A DNA stretch of 64,000 nt, taken from positions 31,351 to 95,350 of the IMG/VR virus record IMGVR_UViG_3300020045_001036; one strand, 5' to 3'. This DNA is from a virus. Position 1 is the stretch's first letter. The number at the start of each line of letters is the position of its first letter. Below, piece after piece: positions 16,798 to 26,417 of the stretch. The position numbers were made by a program, and so were the translations under genes. The notes beneath the pieces are model-generated. The model worked only from the letters and a program-made list of their open reading frames with translations. It searched no databases and was not told the DNA's origin.

Positions 16798-17231
16798 TGG
16801 CAGAAGAAGTAAAATTAACTCCAAACAAGGAGGTTAATAGAGCAAAATTGGGTAAAACTAACAAAAGAAAAGGTTCTAATGCTGAAAGGCATTATGCTAT
16901 TATCTTTAGAGATGATTTAGGATTTAAGCACTGCAAAACTGCAAGAATGGGTTCTAAGCTACATGATGATGCTGGGATAGATTTAATATTTATCCCATAC
17001 AATATTCAAATTAAAGCTGGAAAACAAGTTGGCTTAAACTTTGGAAGAGAATTGACTTATATGAAGACTAGGATGATTGAATTATTCCCAGAAACTTCAT
17101 TAGAGCATGGATATCCAAGACTAGTTATTCATAAAAAAGAGGTAGGAGCAGGTAAAAGAAGAACCGATGAAGATGAGTTAGTTTGTATGACCTTTGTTGA
17201 TTTCTGTAGAATAATTAAAGCACAAGGATAA
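16797..17231 (+). CDS. Holliday-junction resolvase-like PD-(D/E)XK nuclease
   Basis: NKRKGSNAER...GIDL...IQIK pattern. Confidence 0.7.
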   Translation: MAEEVKLTPNKEVNRAKLGKTNKRKGSNAERHYAIIFRDDLGFKHCKTARMGSKLHDDAGIDLIFIPYNIQIKAGKQVGLNFGRELTYMKTRMIELFPETSLEHGYPRLVIHKKEVGAGKRRTDEDELVCMTFVDFCRIIKAQG

Positions 17232-17860
17232 TGGAGGTAAGTAATGGGAAGTTATACGCCAATAGGACTTGGAAATATCTAGTACCTTGTTTAAAGGATT
17301 ATGAAGCAGATTTAGTATTGAATTTAGCTTCATTCTTTAAATTAGGAGTAGGTATAGCAGATTTTAATTTCAAGACAGAAGAAGAGAATTGTATTTATAT
17401 ATTAATAGATACAAAAACTTTAGTTTCTAGTGACAGAACTCTTCAAGAATATCAGGAGAGATTTGCTAGATTTTTAGATTGGTTGACACATAAATATTAT
17501 TTTGTAGCAGAGTATCCTTATGATACTAGTGGCAAACATATGGTAGTCCTAAGAATACCTCTAAAACATAGAGATATATTAGGTAAATTCATAGAAGGTA
17601 AGTACAGTGAATTATACACAAGTACAGATATGAATGCATATTTTAAATTTTGTGTGATAGCTAATAAGAAAACTGAAGAAGAAAAAAATAAATCTATTAC
17701 ACATACTAGAAATATTTTAACTAAAGATAAGAAATATATTTCTATCTTTGTAGATATTGTGAAAGAAAAATATGTATGTGATGCATATGTAGAAGACTTT
17801 CAAGAATGTGAATTAGATTTTCCACCTAAATTAGAAGAAGAAATTTTTAATTATGAGTGA
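17231..17860 (+). CDS. Hypothetical protein
   Basis: ORF track, coupled start/stop. Confidence 0.7.
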   Translation: MEVSNGKLYANRTWKYLVPCLKDYEADLVLNLASFFKLGVGIADFNFKTEEENCIYILIDTKTLVSSDRTLQEYQERFARFLDWLTHKYYFVAEYPYDTSGKHMVVLRIPLKHRDILGKFIEGKYSELYTSTDMNAYFKFCVIANKKTEEEKNKSITHTRNILTKDKKYISIFVDIVKEKYVCDAYVEDFQECELDFPPKLEEEIFNYE

Positions 17861-18047
17861 ATTTAAACCAGGTCAAGTAGTAACAGTACTAAATACTGAT
17901 AATTACAAAGCAAGTTATGCTGAACCTGTACCATTTCAAGCAAGGATAAGTGAGGTTACTCCTCATCCTTGTGTTTGGGTGGTAAGTTTAGTAACTGAGA
18001 AGCTTTATGAATTGTATTTAGATCAAGTAGAAGAAAACAATGAGTAG
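17853..18047 (+). CDS. Small SH3-like hypothetical protein
   Basis: FKPGQVV start and beta-rich pattern. Confidence 0.55.
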   Translation: MSEFKPGQVVTVLNTDNYKASYAEPVPFQARISEVTPHPCVWVVSLVTEKLYELYLDQVEENNE

Positions 18048-18408
18048 TAAAAAAGAAATGGGTGCAAGAGCCAATATAGGTAAACCAAAATGGTCTTTAT
18101 TACCACAGTCTACCTTAATACCTATGATTAGAGTGTTAGAGTTTGGGGCTGTAAAATATGGAGCACTTAATTGGCAAAAAGGATTAAGTGTCACAGAGAT
18201 ATGTGAGAGTCTTAAAAGACACTTAGATTCCTTTATGGAAGGAGAAGATTTTGATAAAGAATCTTTAATTCATCATGTTGGGCATATACAGTGTAATGCT
18301 ATGTTTTTAGCATGGATGTTACAACATAGAACAGATTTAGATGATAGAGTTTTTTCTATGGAAGATACTATTTCTATAGAATATAAAATACCAACACATG
18401 AAGAATAA
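18040..18408 (+). CDS. dATP/dGTP diphosphohydrolase-domain protein (DUF5664-like)
   Basis: GKPKWSLLP...VLEFGAVKYG..NWQKG...RHL...GEDFDKES.IHH.GH..CN..FL. Confidence 0.85.
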   Translation: MSSKKEMGARANIGKPKWSLLPQSTLIPMIRVLEFGAVKYGALNWQKGLSVTEICESLKRHLDSFMEGEDFDKESLIHHVGHIQCNAMFLAWMLQHRTDLDDRVFSMEDTISIEYKIPTHEE

Positions 18409-19120
18409 AATAGAATTATTAGGTTATTATGGTTCAGATGAAATCATAGCTTGTTCAGCTTGGACAAGTACCTCTAGAGATTTATCAGAAGATAAGAAAG
18501 CCAGAGTACCGGCTTTAATCAATATGTTATGGAGTGATGGACATGAAACTCCTTTTGAAAAAGGTATAGTTCATTTTTTAGTAGATACAGATATAGCTAG
18601 TCACATTCATTTATTGAAGCACAGGATTAGTTCTATGAATGCCGAATCAGCTAGGTATAAAGAACTTAAAGAGGATAAAACATATCTTCCAGAAGATTGG
18701 ATAGGTATTACATTGTCTGAACCTTTATTTATACACGATGATGCTCCGGATGGAGCTGAATTGTCTTGGAATGCAGGTTCTGAATGGATAGGTGTATTAG
18801 AGGAATATACTGCAATAGGAAATTATTTATATCATAACGCTTTAAAAGACTTGACACCAGTATTAGGTAGAAAGAGAGCTAAAGAATCAGCTAGATATTT
18901 TAAAACTTATAACAGTATGATTCAAGCAGATGTTAGTTTTAATATGAGAAGTTTTGCTAATTTCTTAAAATTAAGAAATAGTGAGCATGCACAAGTTGAA
19001 ATTAGAGAGATAGCTGCTGCAATGCTTAAAATAGTACAAGAAATTCCAGGAAATCCTTTTGAGTATACCTTAAAAGCATTTGAAACAAAAAATAAAAAAC
19101 ATACACTATGTGGGAAATAA
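18398..19120 (+). CDS. thyX: Flavin-dependent thymidylate synthase
   Basis: GHETPFE, KHRISSMNAESARY, ESARY, NMRSF..F..LR..HAQ.EIR. Confidence 0.92.
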   Translation: MKNKIELLGYYGSDEIIACSAWTSTSRDLSEDKKARVPALINMLWSDGHETPFEKGIVHFLVDTDIASHIHLLKHRISSMNAESARYKELKEDKTYLPEDWIGITLSEPLFIHDDAPDGAELSWNAGSEWIGVLEEYTAIGNYLYHNALKDLTPVLGRKRAKESARYFKTYNSMIQADVSFNMRSFANFLKLRNSEHAQVEIREIAAAMLKIVQEIPGNPFEYTLKAFETKNKKHTLCGK

Positions 19121-19281
19121 TTATAACAATACTTATACTGTATATTTTACTCTATTTAACTACTGGATCAGTGTTTACTATAGATAGTGAAGGCTTTTCT
19201 TTGTGGTATTGGAAAAAGGATGCAATAGGTATTTGGAGGCCAAAACAAATCCTCCTATGGAAAAGGAATAATAAAAAGTAA
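19108..19281 (+). CDS. 57-aa membrane protein
   Basis: Manual translation MWEIIITILILYILLYLTTG...; fills the thyX-nrdJ gap. Confidence 0.55.
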   Translation: MWEIIITILILYILLYLTTGSVFTIDSEGFSLWYWKKDAIGIWRPKQILLWKRNNKK

Positions 19282-19286
19282 ATAGA

Positions 19287-21464
19287 ATGAACAAAGGGAA
19301 GAATTTATTAGGGAATCTTAAATTTTATGATTCATATAGCAAGTATTTAGAGGATAAAGGTAGAAAAGAAACTTGGAAAGAGTCTGCTGTAGATGTAATG
19401 TCTATGCACTATAACAAATTTGGCCACATAAAAGAGGTAGTACCTTATCTAGATCTTGCAACAGAGGCTTATATAAATAAGCAGGTATTAGCCTCACAAA
19501 GAAATTTACAATATAGAGAAACACAGATCTTAAAACATAACACAAGATTATTTAACTGTAGTTCAACTTTCATAGATAGACCTGAAGTATTTAAGCAGAT
19601 ACTTTATATCTTATTGACTGGTTGTGGTGCCGGATATTCTGTAGAACAAAGATTTATTGACAAATTACCTTCTATTCAAAAGAGAATGGATCATACCGTA
19701 ACTCATGTAATAGAAGATACTATAGAAGGATGGGCACTAGCACTAGATGCATTAATGAACTCATTCTTTTATGGTACAGAACAAATTAGATTTGATGGTT
19801 CTCTTGTTAGAGCCGAAGGTTCATTCATATCAGGAGGATTTAAAGCTCCTGGATATGCTCCTTTGAAATTAGCTTTAGAAAAGATTGAGAGTTTATTACA
19901 ATCTAAAGTACATGCTGGTGAAACTAGATTAACATCATTAGATGCACATAGAATTATTTGTTTCTCTGCAGATTCAGTACTTAGTGCTGGAGTGAGAAGA
20001 TCCGCATTGATTTGTTTGTTTGACAAAGATGATTTGTTAATGAGAAACTGTAAGACTGGTAATTGGTTTGATACCAATCCAGAATTATCTAGAGCTAATA
20101 ATACTATCAAATTAATTGAAGGAGAGTTTACTAAAGAAGAATTTGATGGATTAAAAGAATCTGTTAAACAATTTGGTGAACCGGGTATAGCTTTGGTTAA
20201 AGATAGAGATTTTACAACTAATCCGTGTTTTGAAATAGGATTTATTCCTATTAATCCAAATAATGGTAAGTCTTGTATTAGTTTCTGTAATCTTAATGAA
20301 GTTAATGGAGGTCATTGTGATACTGAAGAAAAGTTTTATGCGGCATGTAAAGCAGCTGCTATTATTGGAACTTTACAGGCATCATATACTGATATGCCAT
20401 TCTTAGGACAAGATACTAAAGAGCTTATAGAGCATGAGGCTTTATTGGGTATATCTATTACAGGTATAATGGATAATCCACATATCTTACTTAACCCTAC
20501 TATCTTACAAGAAGGCGCTAGAATTGTTAAAGAAACAAATGCTTTTATAGCTGAATTGATTGGCATTAATCCAGCAGCTAGAACTACTTGTGTTAAACCA
20601 TCTGGTAATGCGTCTGTATTATTAGGTACTTCATCAGGTATTCATCCAGCTCACTCTAAAAGATATTTTAGAGTTATGCAAATGAACAGACATACAGAGA
20701 TGGCTAAGTTCTTAAAAGACTTTAATCCTGTATTATTAGAAGATTCAGCATATGGCCCAGAAGACTACGCAACTTATATTCCTACTATAGAGCCAGAAGG
20801 TTCCATTACTAAAGATGAATTAAGAGATGTAGAATTTACTGCGCATGTTAAAACAGTGTATCAAAACTGGGTTCTTCCAGGCACTAATTGGGAGAGAGGA
20901 TATTCTAACAGAGTAACTCACAATGTATCTAATACTATCACTGTATCTGACTGGGATAAAGTCTTTGACTATATCTATGAGAACAAAGAATCATTCTGTG
21001 GTTTATCTTTTATAGGTGCTTCAGGTGGTAGACAATACAGACAAGCTCCTATGACTGAAGTAGCAACCTTTGAAGAGATAGTATCTAAATATGGTAAAGG
21101 AGTTTTATTTGCTTCTGGATTGATTGTAGATGCTATACATGCATTTAGAGGAGATTTGTGGGGAGCTTGTGAAGCTGTAGAAGATAAAACTATAGAATTT
21201 ACAGGTGATAGAGTTACTGTATTAGTGAAGAAGGATATTGTAAAAAGAATTAAAAAGTTTGCTAAAAATAACTTTAAAGGAAATTTAAGTAAAACTGTAT
21301 TATGCCTTAAAGATGTGCATCTACTTCATAAGTGGGAGTTAGTAGATAGAGAATTCAAGGAAATTGATTTCACTAAACTAGATATGAAACCATCTTATAA
21401 AGATGCTAATAGTTTTGCTGGAGCAGCTTGTGCTGGTGGAGCATGTGAATTAGAAGTATTATAA
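19287..21464 (+). CDS. nrdJ: Class II (B12-dependent) ribonucleotide reductase
   Basis: FNCS, GVRRSA, GEPG, TNPCFEI, FCNL, TCVKPSG, C-terminal CAGGAC; no beta-subunit gene nearby. Confidence 0.88.
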   Translation: MNKGKNLLGNLKFYDSYSKYLEDKGRKETWKESAVDVMSMHYNKFGHIKEVVPYLDLATEAYINKQVLASQRNLQYRETQILKHNTRLFNCSSTFIDRPEVFKQILYILLTGCGAGYSVEQRFIDKLPSIQKRMDHTVTHVIEDTIEGWALALDALMNSFFYGTEQIRFDGSLVRAEGSFISGGFKAPGYAPLKLALEKIESLLQSKVHAGETRLTSLDAHRIICFSADSVLSAGVRRSALICLFDKDDLLMRNCKTGNWFDTNPELSRANNTIKLIEGEFTKEEFDGLKESVKQFGEPGIALVKDRDFTTNPCFEIGFIPINPNNGKSCISFCNLNEVNGGHCDTEEKFYAACKAAAIIGTLQASYTDMPFLGQDTKELIEHEALLGISITGIMDNPHILLNPTILQEGARIVKETNAFIAELIGINPAARTTCVKPSGNASVLLGTSSGIHPAHSKRYFRVMQMNRHTEMAKFLKDFNPVLLEDSAYGPEDYATYIPTIEPEGSITKDELRDVEFTAHVKTVYQNWVLPGTNWERGYSNRVTHNVSNTITVSDWDKVFDYIYENKESFCGLSFIGASGGRQYRQAPMTEVATFEEIVSKYGKGVLFASGLIVDAIHAFRGDLWGACEAVEDKTIEFTGDRVTVLVKKDIVKRIKKFAKNNFKGNLSKTVLCLKDVHLLHKWELVDREFKEIDFTKLDMKPSYKDANSFAGAACAGGACELEVL

Positions 21465-21760
21465 TGAGTTGGGTAGTAGATTTATACCATAAAGAACAAA
21501 GAGCCTTGAAAGAGGCTCTTTTAAAAAAAGAAAAGATGAAAACAATTAAAGTATTTACAAAAGAGGGTTGCCCTCCATGTGCAGCATTAAAACCTATAAT
21601 TAGTGAGTTTAAGAATGTAACATTTCATGATGCTATAGAGAATATGTCATTGTATGGTCTAAGACAAGCACCAACTACTATTGTATATGAAGGTGGTGTA
21701 GAAGTCTGTAGATTTACTGGATTTAGAACTAAAGAAGAAATAGAATTATTAATAGCTTAA
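21464..21760 (+). CDS. Thioredoxin/glutaredoxin-like protein
   Basis: CPPC motif and APT cis-Pro, downstream of RNR. Confidence 0.85.
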   Translation: MSWVVDLYHKEQRALKEALLKKEKMKTIKVFTKEGCPPCAALKPIISEFKNVTFHDAIENMSLYGLRQAPTTIVYEGGVEVCRFTGFRTKEEIELLIA

Positions 21761-21761
21761 G

Positions 21762-22007
21762 ATGACTAAAGAACAGTATATAAGTTTTAGGCAAACAAAT
21801 GATTTCTTAAGTATTGCATTTGAATCCTATAAGGAAAGATTAAAAGAGAAAGGAATACAAACAGGAATGGGTAAAGATTTATTTAGTACCACATTCAGTA
21901 TATGGCCTTTCAATCAACAAGCTATTAATGACGTCATTGCTTATTATGATGCACAATTTAGTGTAACTACAATAGATAAAGACGGTAAAACAATTAAAAT
22001 ATCATGA
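21762..22007 (+). CDS. Hypothetical protein
   Basis: ORF track. Confidence 0.6.
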   Translation: MTKEQYISFRQTNDFLSIAFESYKERLKEKGIQTGMGKDLFSTTFSIWPFNQQAINDVIAYYDAQFSVTTIDKDGKTIKIS

Positions 22008-22717
22008 CAGAAATACAAAAATTTAAAGTAAAAGCTATATCAGTAATGTTACTTGTAATATTTGGAATTGTGTACTTATTATTACAGGTACCTTCAAATC
22101 CTAAAACTAATGGTACAGAACATGTAGCTGTAGCTCCCAAAGTATGGAAAGATAAGGATAGTGCCATTCATCATGTGAGTGCTCCTATTATGGCTAGCAA
22201 TCCTAAAGAATTTCTTAAGATTCAAGCACAAGATAAAATCATTCAAGATCTACAAAAAGAAGTAACTAAGTATAAGAGACAACTAGGTAAGAAAGGATCT
22301 GCTACTGTAGTGCAAGGTACTAACAGTATAGATACTGTATATGTAAAAGTAATGACACCTAGTCCTAATTTTATATGGAGTGATAGTATACATAATAAGT
22401 ACATTGATTGGACTTATACAGTAAATAAAGATTCCACTAAAGCTCAAATAGGATTTAAGCTTAAAACTGTTGATGACTTAGTTATTATTAACAAAGTACA
22501 ATCTAATGGTTGGTTTAAAGCTAAAACAGTAGTTACAGAAGTGATTAATAAGAACCCTTATTCTAAGACAGTTAATTCTGCTACTTTTAATATAGATACT
22601 AAGGTCCCTAAAAGACCTTGGAGTGTAGGTCCATACGTAGGATATGGATTTAGTGATGAATTAACACCTAAAGTTAATTTTGGTGTAAGTTTACAATATG
22701 GATTTATAAGATTCTAA
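22004..22717 (+). CDS. Membrane-anchored protein, possibly spanin-like
   Basis: N-terminal TM helix, coiled coil, C-terminal amphipathic beta hairpin (WSVGPYVGYG...GVSLQYGFIRF). Confidence 0.55.
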   Translation: MTEIQKFKVKAISVMLLVIFGIVYLLLQVPSNPKTNGTEHVAVAPKVWKDKDSAIHHVSAPIMASNPKEFLKIQAQDKIIQDLQKEVTKYKRQLGKKGSATVVQGTNSIDTVYVKVMTPSPNFIWSDSIHNKYIDWTYTVNKDSTKAQIGFKLKTVDDLVIINKVQSNGWFKAKTVVTEVINKNPYSKTVNSATFNIDTKVPKRPWSVGPYVGYGFSDELTPKVNFGVSLQYGFIRF

Positions 22718-23226
22718 TGAGCACTTTTTATATTTCAGACCTTCATCTTGGCCATTTAAATATGGCCATTAAAAGAGGTTTTGCAACAGTGGAAGAACAT
22801 GATAATCATATTATTAAATGTTGGAATAAGGTAGTACATAAAAAGGATACTGTTTATATTCTAGGAGATCTTACAATGGAAAGAGATACTTATAGTATCT
22901 ATTTACCTAAATTACTAGGGTATAAGAAAGTTATACTTGGTAATCACGATAAACCTCAACATATACCTTCATTACTTAGATATGTGAATAGTGTATGTTC
23001 TTGTCTTTATGTTAAAAATAAAGAGTTTGGTAAATTTGTGTTATCACACATACCAATACATCCTACAGAGTTATCTTATAGATATGGTACTAATATACAT
23101 GGCCATGTTCATGAGAAAACATTAGAAGACAGTAGGTATATTAATGTATCTTGTGAAGTAGTGGATTTTACTCCACAAACATTAGAACAATTAATAGATA
23201 GACAATTTAAAAAAGAATTAATATGA
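22717..23226 (+). CDS. Metallophosphoesterase
   Basis: SDLHLGH, LGD, GNHD, SHIP, HGHVH. Confidence 0.88.
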   Translation: MSTFYISDLHLGHLNMAIKRGFATVEEHDNHIIKCWNKVVHKKDTVYILGDLTMERDTYSIYLPKLLGYKKVILGNHDKPQHIPSLLRYVNSVCSCLYVKNKEFGKFVLSHIPIHPTELSYRYGTNIHGHVHEKTLEDSRYINVSCEVVDFTPQTLEQLIDRQFKKELI

Positions 23227-23426
23227 GATATTTAGTAACAGAAGAATTAAAAACTTCTTTCCTTTTGAAGGTAAAGAGGTTTTTTAGATTAGCAAAACCT
23301 CGAATGGAATTTTTTGCAAATTCTTATGCTACAGGATTTTATCCTGAAGACAAGTCCTACTATATGTGTAGGAATACAGTAAAAATAATTAAAAGAGCAA
23401 AACAAAGATTAGTATGGAAGCAGTAA
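23223..23426 (+). CDS. Hypothetical protein
   Basis: ORF track, coupled. Confidence 0.5.
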   Translation: MRYLVTEELKTSFLLKVKRFFRLAKPRMEFFANSYATGFYPEDKSYYMCRNTVKIIKRAKQRLVWKQ

Positions 23427-24583
23427 TTTTAGTGACAATAAAAAATAAAATTCCTTTATTTAAGGGGAAAGATAAGGCAACTTCAATTGAGTTAATTGAA
23501 TTAGAAGAAGTAGGTTATGAACTAGTTTCTCAAAAAGATTTATATGCGGTAGGAGATAAAGCTATATTAGTACAGCCAGATTATTGTGTAAGTGATACAG
23601 AATTGTTTGAATCGTTTATTAGACCAGATGGTAATGAGTCCAAATCTATGTTGGGTAAAGTAGGAGGATTACCAAGAAGAATTAGAGCTAAGAAATTTAC
23701 TCTATCTAAAGAACCTGAAGGAGCTCCCGTATATTCTAATGGTATCTTACTGAGATACAAAGATGTAGTTAGATATATTGGTAAAGAAATGGATAGCACT
23801 ACTATTACAGCAGACTTAGGAATCACTAAATATGAAGAACCAGAAGCTGGTACTCCAGGGTTAGCTGGTAGAGGTGGTAGAGATTTTCCAACATGGTTGT
23901 ATAAAACAGATGAAACTAACATCAATAACTTGTGGAATCATTTAGAGAAAGTTGTTAAGTGGCCTGTATTCCTTGTGGGTACAGAAAAAGAAGATGGTTC
24001 TAGTATTACTATAGGTAGAAAGGATATGGATGAATACGTATGTTCTAGAAACTTAATTAAACCTTTTGTAGAGACTAGATTTAGTCATATGAGAGATCTT
24101 ACACTTAAGGAAAGATTTAATAAGTTCTTTACTGGTTTAACACCTAACTTAGCTACTTATAAAAAGGTACCTACTACAGACACATTTGTATTGCAAGGTA
24201 AGCCTTACTTAGAACAATTAGAAGGTTATGATAATTTCTTCTTAAGAGGAGAGTTAAATGGTTCTAGTGCTAAAGGATCCGGAAATAAAAACAATCCCGC
24301 AGCTAAAAGAGAATTAAACATCAAATTCTTTGGATTAGATTATATCAATGAAGTTGGTATAGCTGTTAAAGCTAGTAAAGAACAATTTGATAAGTTCTGT
24401 GTAATCAATGAACTACCTCAAGTTAAAACAGTGTTTAGAAAGAAATTCAAAAACAAAGCAGCTCTTGTAAAAGAATGTGAAGCTTATTTCAAAAAGAATC
24501 TTATTGAAGGTATTGTTGTTAGAACTTTGGATAGCTCTTTTAGTGCTAAATACATGAATCTAGAGTATGATTCTAAAAAATAA
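23414..24583 (+). CDS. RNA ligase (Rnl2/DRB0094-like with N-terminal OB domain)
   Basis: KTDE, TEKEDGSS (motif I), CSRN, RGEL.G, EGIVVR, AKY. Confidence 0.85.
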   Translation: MEAVILVTIKNKIPLFKGKDKATSIELIELEEVGYELVSQKDLYAVGDKAILVQPDYCVSDTELFESFIRPDGNESKSMLGKVGGLPRRIRAKKFTLSKEPEGAPVYSNGILLRYKDVVRYIGKEMDSTTITADLGITKYEEPEAGTPGLAGRGGRDFPTWLYKTDETNINNLWNHLEKVVKWPVFLVGTEKEDGSSITIGRKDMDEYVCSRNLIKPFVETRFSHMRDLTLKERFNKFFTGLTPNLATYKKVPTTDTFVLQGKPYLEQLEGYDNFFLRGELNGSSAKGSGNKNNPAAKRELNIKFFGLDYINEVGIAVKASKEQFDKFCVINELPQVKTVFRKKFKNKAALVKECEAYFKKNLIEGIVVRTLDSSFSAKYMNLEYDSKK

Positions 24584-24588
24584 AAATT

Positions 24589-25035
24589 ATGTCAGGAAGA
24601 GCACCACATAAAGTGTATGAGTATGACTTTGAGGGTAATTACCTTCAAAGTTATGCTAACATACAATTAGTAAGAGTAAAGTATTATTCAGAAGATCAAG
24701 GTTCTAGACCTATTTTTGTTAAACAGGAAATGGGGGAAGATTACCATATTACATTTAATAATACAATACTAATTAAAAATAGAATAGGTAGAGAAAATAT
24801 TGTATTTCTATTAAGAAGGATACAATCTCAATATTCATATCTATCAGAATGGGAGGATAGGCCAGTAGAAGTTTACAATATTAGAGGTGAACTTTTAGCT
24901 GAATTTCCTAATGCATTAACGGCATCTAGATTGATGCCACAAATATCTTATAACTTAATAATGAAACATCTTAGATCTCCTAGAAGAGCTAGATATCATA
25001 AGAGTTTAGATTTAACCTTTAAATACAAAGAGTAA
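24589..25035 (+). CDS. NUMOD1-like repeat DNA-binding protein
   Basis: Two repeats KVYEYDFEGNYLQSY / PVEVYNIRGELLAEFPN..TA. Confidence 0.55.
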   Translation: MSGRAPHKVYEYDFEGNYLQSYANIQLVRVKYYSEDQGSRPIFVKQEMGEDYHITFNNTILIKNRIGRENIVFLLRRIQSQYSYLSEWEDRPVEVYNIRGELLAEFPNALTASRLMPQISYNLIMKHLRSPRRARYHKSLDLTFKYKE

Positions 25036-25250
25036 TGGTAGGTATACAAAAACACGAATACTTATTAAAAGAGGAATTTTATGAGTTTCAACATGTAGGT
25101 ACTAGAGCTAGATCAGATAAACAGTGTGGTCATTGTGGAAAAATTATACCTAAAGGTGAACCACACTTAAGGGCTAAATTCTATCCTGAGTTTGAAGGTC
25201 CTGCAATACATGAAGAGTGTGAAAAAGATTTTTTAAAAAGTTTAAACTAA
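25035..25250 (+). CDS. Small zinc-finger protein
   Basis: RARSDKQCGHCGKIIPKGE...HEEC. Confidence 0.65.
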   Translation: MVGIQKHEYLLKEEFYEFQHVGTRARSDKQCGHCGKIIPKGEPHLRAKFYPEFEGPAIHEECEKDFLKSLN

Positions 25251-25255
25251 AAGAT

Positions 25256-26083
25256 ATGCTAATAGATTTAACACAAGGTTATGGTGAGTTTAGTACTCAC
25301 AAGCTATTCCAATTTCCTGATGGTTCAATTAAATTTGAATTATCAGTGTACATAGATCCTTCTGACAGTTTTAGAGGAGATACTATTGTAAAAACTAGGT
25401 TAAGAAATCATGAGGATATTTTCACTCTAGCATTAGTAAAAGATGTATTAGACAGAAGATTACCTACACAAACACATAGAGTTAAGATAGATTATATGAT
25501 GTATCAACAAGATGATAGATTATTTGATATTAAAGAATCTTTTGGTCTTAAAGTTGTATGTAAATTCATTAATGATATGAAGTGGGATGAAGTAATTATA
25601 TTTGCTCCACATTCTGATAAAGTAGAATTTATTGACAAGGTAAGAATTGTAGATAACGAATTATTTGTAGCTCAGGCTTTAAGAGAAATAGAATTTGGGC
25701 ATGGAGCTGTATGGGTAATACCTGATGCTGGAGCTTTTAAAACTCAAATGAAGATGATTCAAAAAATGCATCATAAAAGATTTATTTCTTGTTCTAAGTC
25801 TAGAGATTCTAAAACAGGTGTCATAACTACTAGTATACCAGATGGGGATTTAGGTGGACAAGATTGTTTTATAGTAGATGATATTTGTTTAGGTGGAGCT
25901 ACATTTGTAGCTATAGCTGAGAAATTAAAAGCGCAGAACTGTGGTAAAATATATCTTGTAATATCTCATGGTATATTTAATAGAGGTTTAACACATTTAT
26001 TTGATGAATTTGAATATATCTATACTACAAATTCTATCTGTGATTATGAAGGATCTGGTAACTTAAAAGTATTCAAGATATGA
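25256..26083 (+). CDS. Ribose-phosphate pyrophosphokinase-like (probable ADPR-PP synthetase, NARP1 Adps)
   Basis: FPDG, QDDR, PHS, PDAGA, KSRD, IVDDICLGGATF, SHGIF. Confidence 0.85.
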   Translation: MLIDLTQGYGEFSTHKLFQFPDGSIKFELSVYIDPSDSFRGDTIVKTRLRNHEDIFTLALVKDVLDRRLPTQTHRVKIDYMMYQQDDRLFDIKESFGLKVVCKFINDMKWDEVIIFAPHSDKVEFIDKVRIVDNELFVAQALREIEFGHGAVWVIPDAGAFKTQMKMIQKMHHKRFISCSKSRDSKTGVITTSIPDGDLGGQDCFIVDDICLGGATFVAIAEKLKAQNCGKIYLVISHGIFNRGLTHLFDEFEYIYTTNSICDYEGSGNLKVFKI

Positions 26084-26229
26084 AAAAACAATTAGAAAGA
26101 GAGTATTTAGAATGCCCTAGATGTAAACTAAACAACTTCGATGAGTCTGAATTTTGGGGTTGTCCTAGAGGTTCTTGTGAAGTAGAGTGTAAAGGAACTT
26201 TAGTAACTACAGTAGAAGTTATAGAATGA
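26080..26229 (+). CDS. 49-aa Cys-rich microprotein
   Basis: Manual translation MKKQLEREYLECPRCKLNNFDESEFWGCPRGSCEVECKG...; ATGA overlaps at both ends. Confidence 0.6.
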   Translation: MKKQLEREYLECPRCKLNNFDESEFWGCPRGSCEVECKGTLVTTVEVIE

Positions 26230-26417
26230 TGAAAGACTATAATAAGCTGGTTAGAGAAATAGAAAAAGATCCTGCTTATGTCCTTAATAAATCTGGAAGA
26301 AGGAATACGATGAAGTTAACTCATATTGAGACTAATCAAATGTATTCCATTCATCCGGGTAATAACGCAGTAATGCCATTAAAAAGATGGATGGCTAAAA
26401 TAAAAAACAATGAGTAA
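26226..26417 (+). CDS. Small protein, HicA-like pattern
   Basis: KLVREIEK...SG..TMKLTH.....SIHPG alpha-beta-beta-beta-alpha pattern. Confidence 0.4.
   Translation: MMKDYNKLVREIEKDPAYVLNKSGRRNTMKLTHIETNQMYSIHPGNNAVMPLKRWMAKIKNNE

Noticed and set aside
18040-18408. 2-aminoadenine (Z) or 7-deazaguanine DNA modification pathway
   Set aside because: Only the diphosphohydrolase-like gene is present; no PurZ, DatZ, QueC/D/E or DpdA recognisable in the window
4360-21464. Inteins or introns in PolA, DnaB or RNR
   Set aside because: Proteins are compact, uninterrupted, and lack intein terminal motifs
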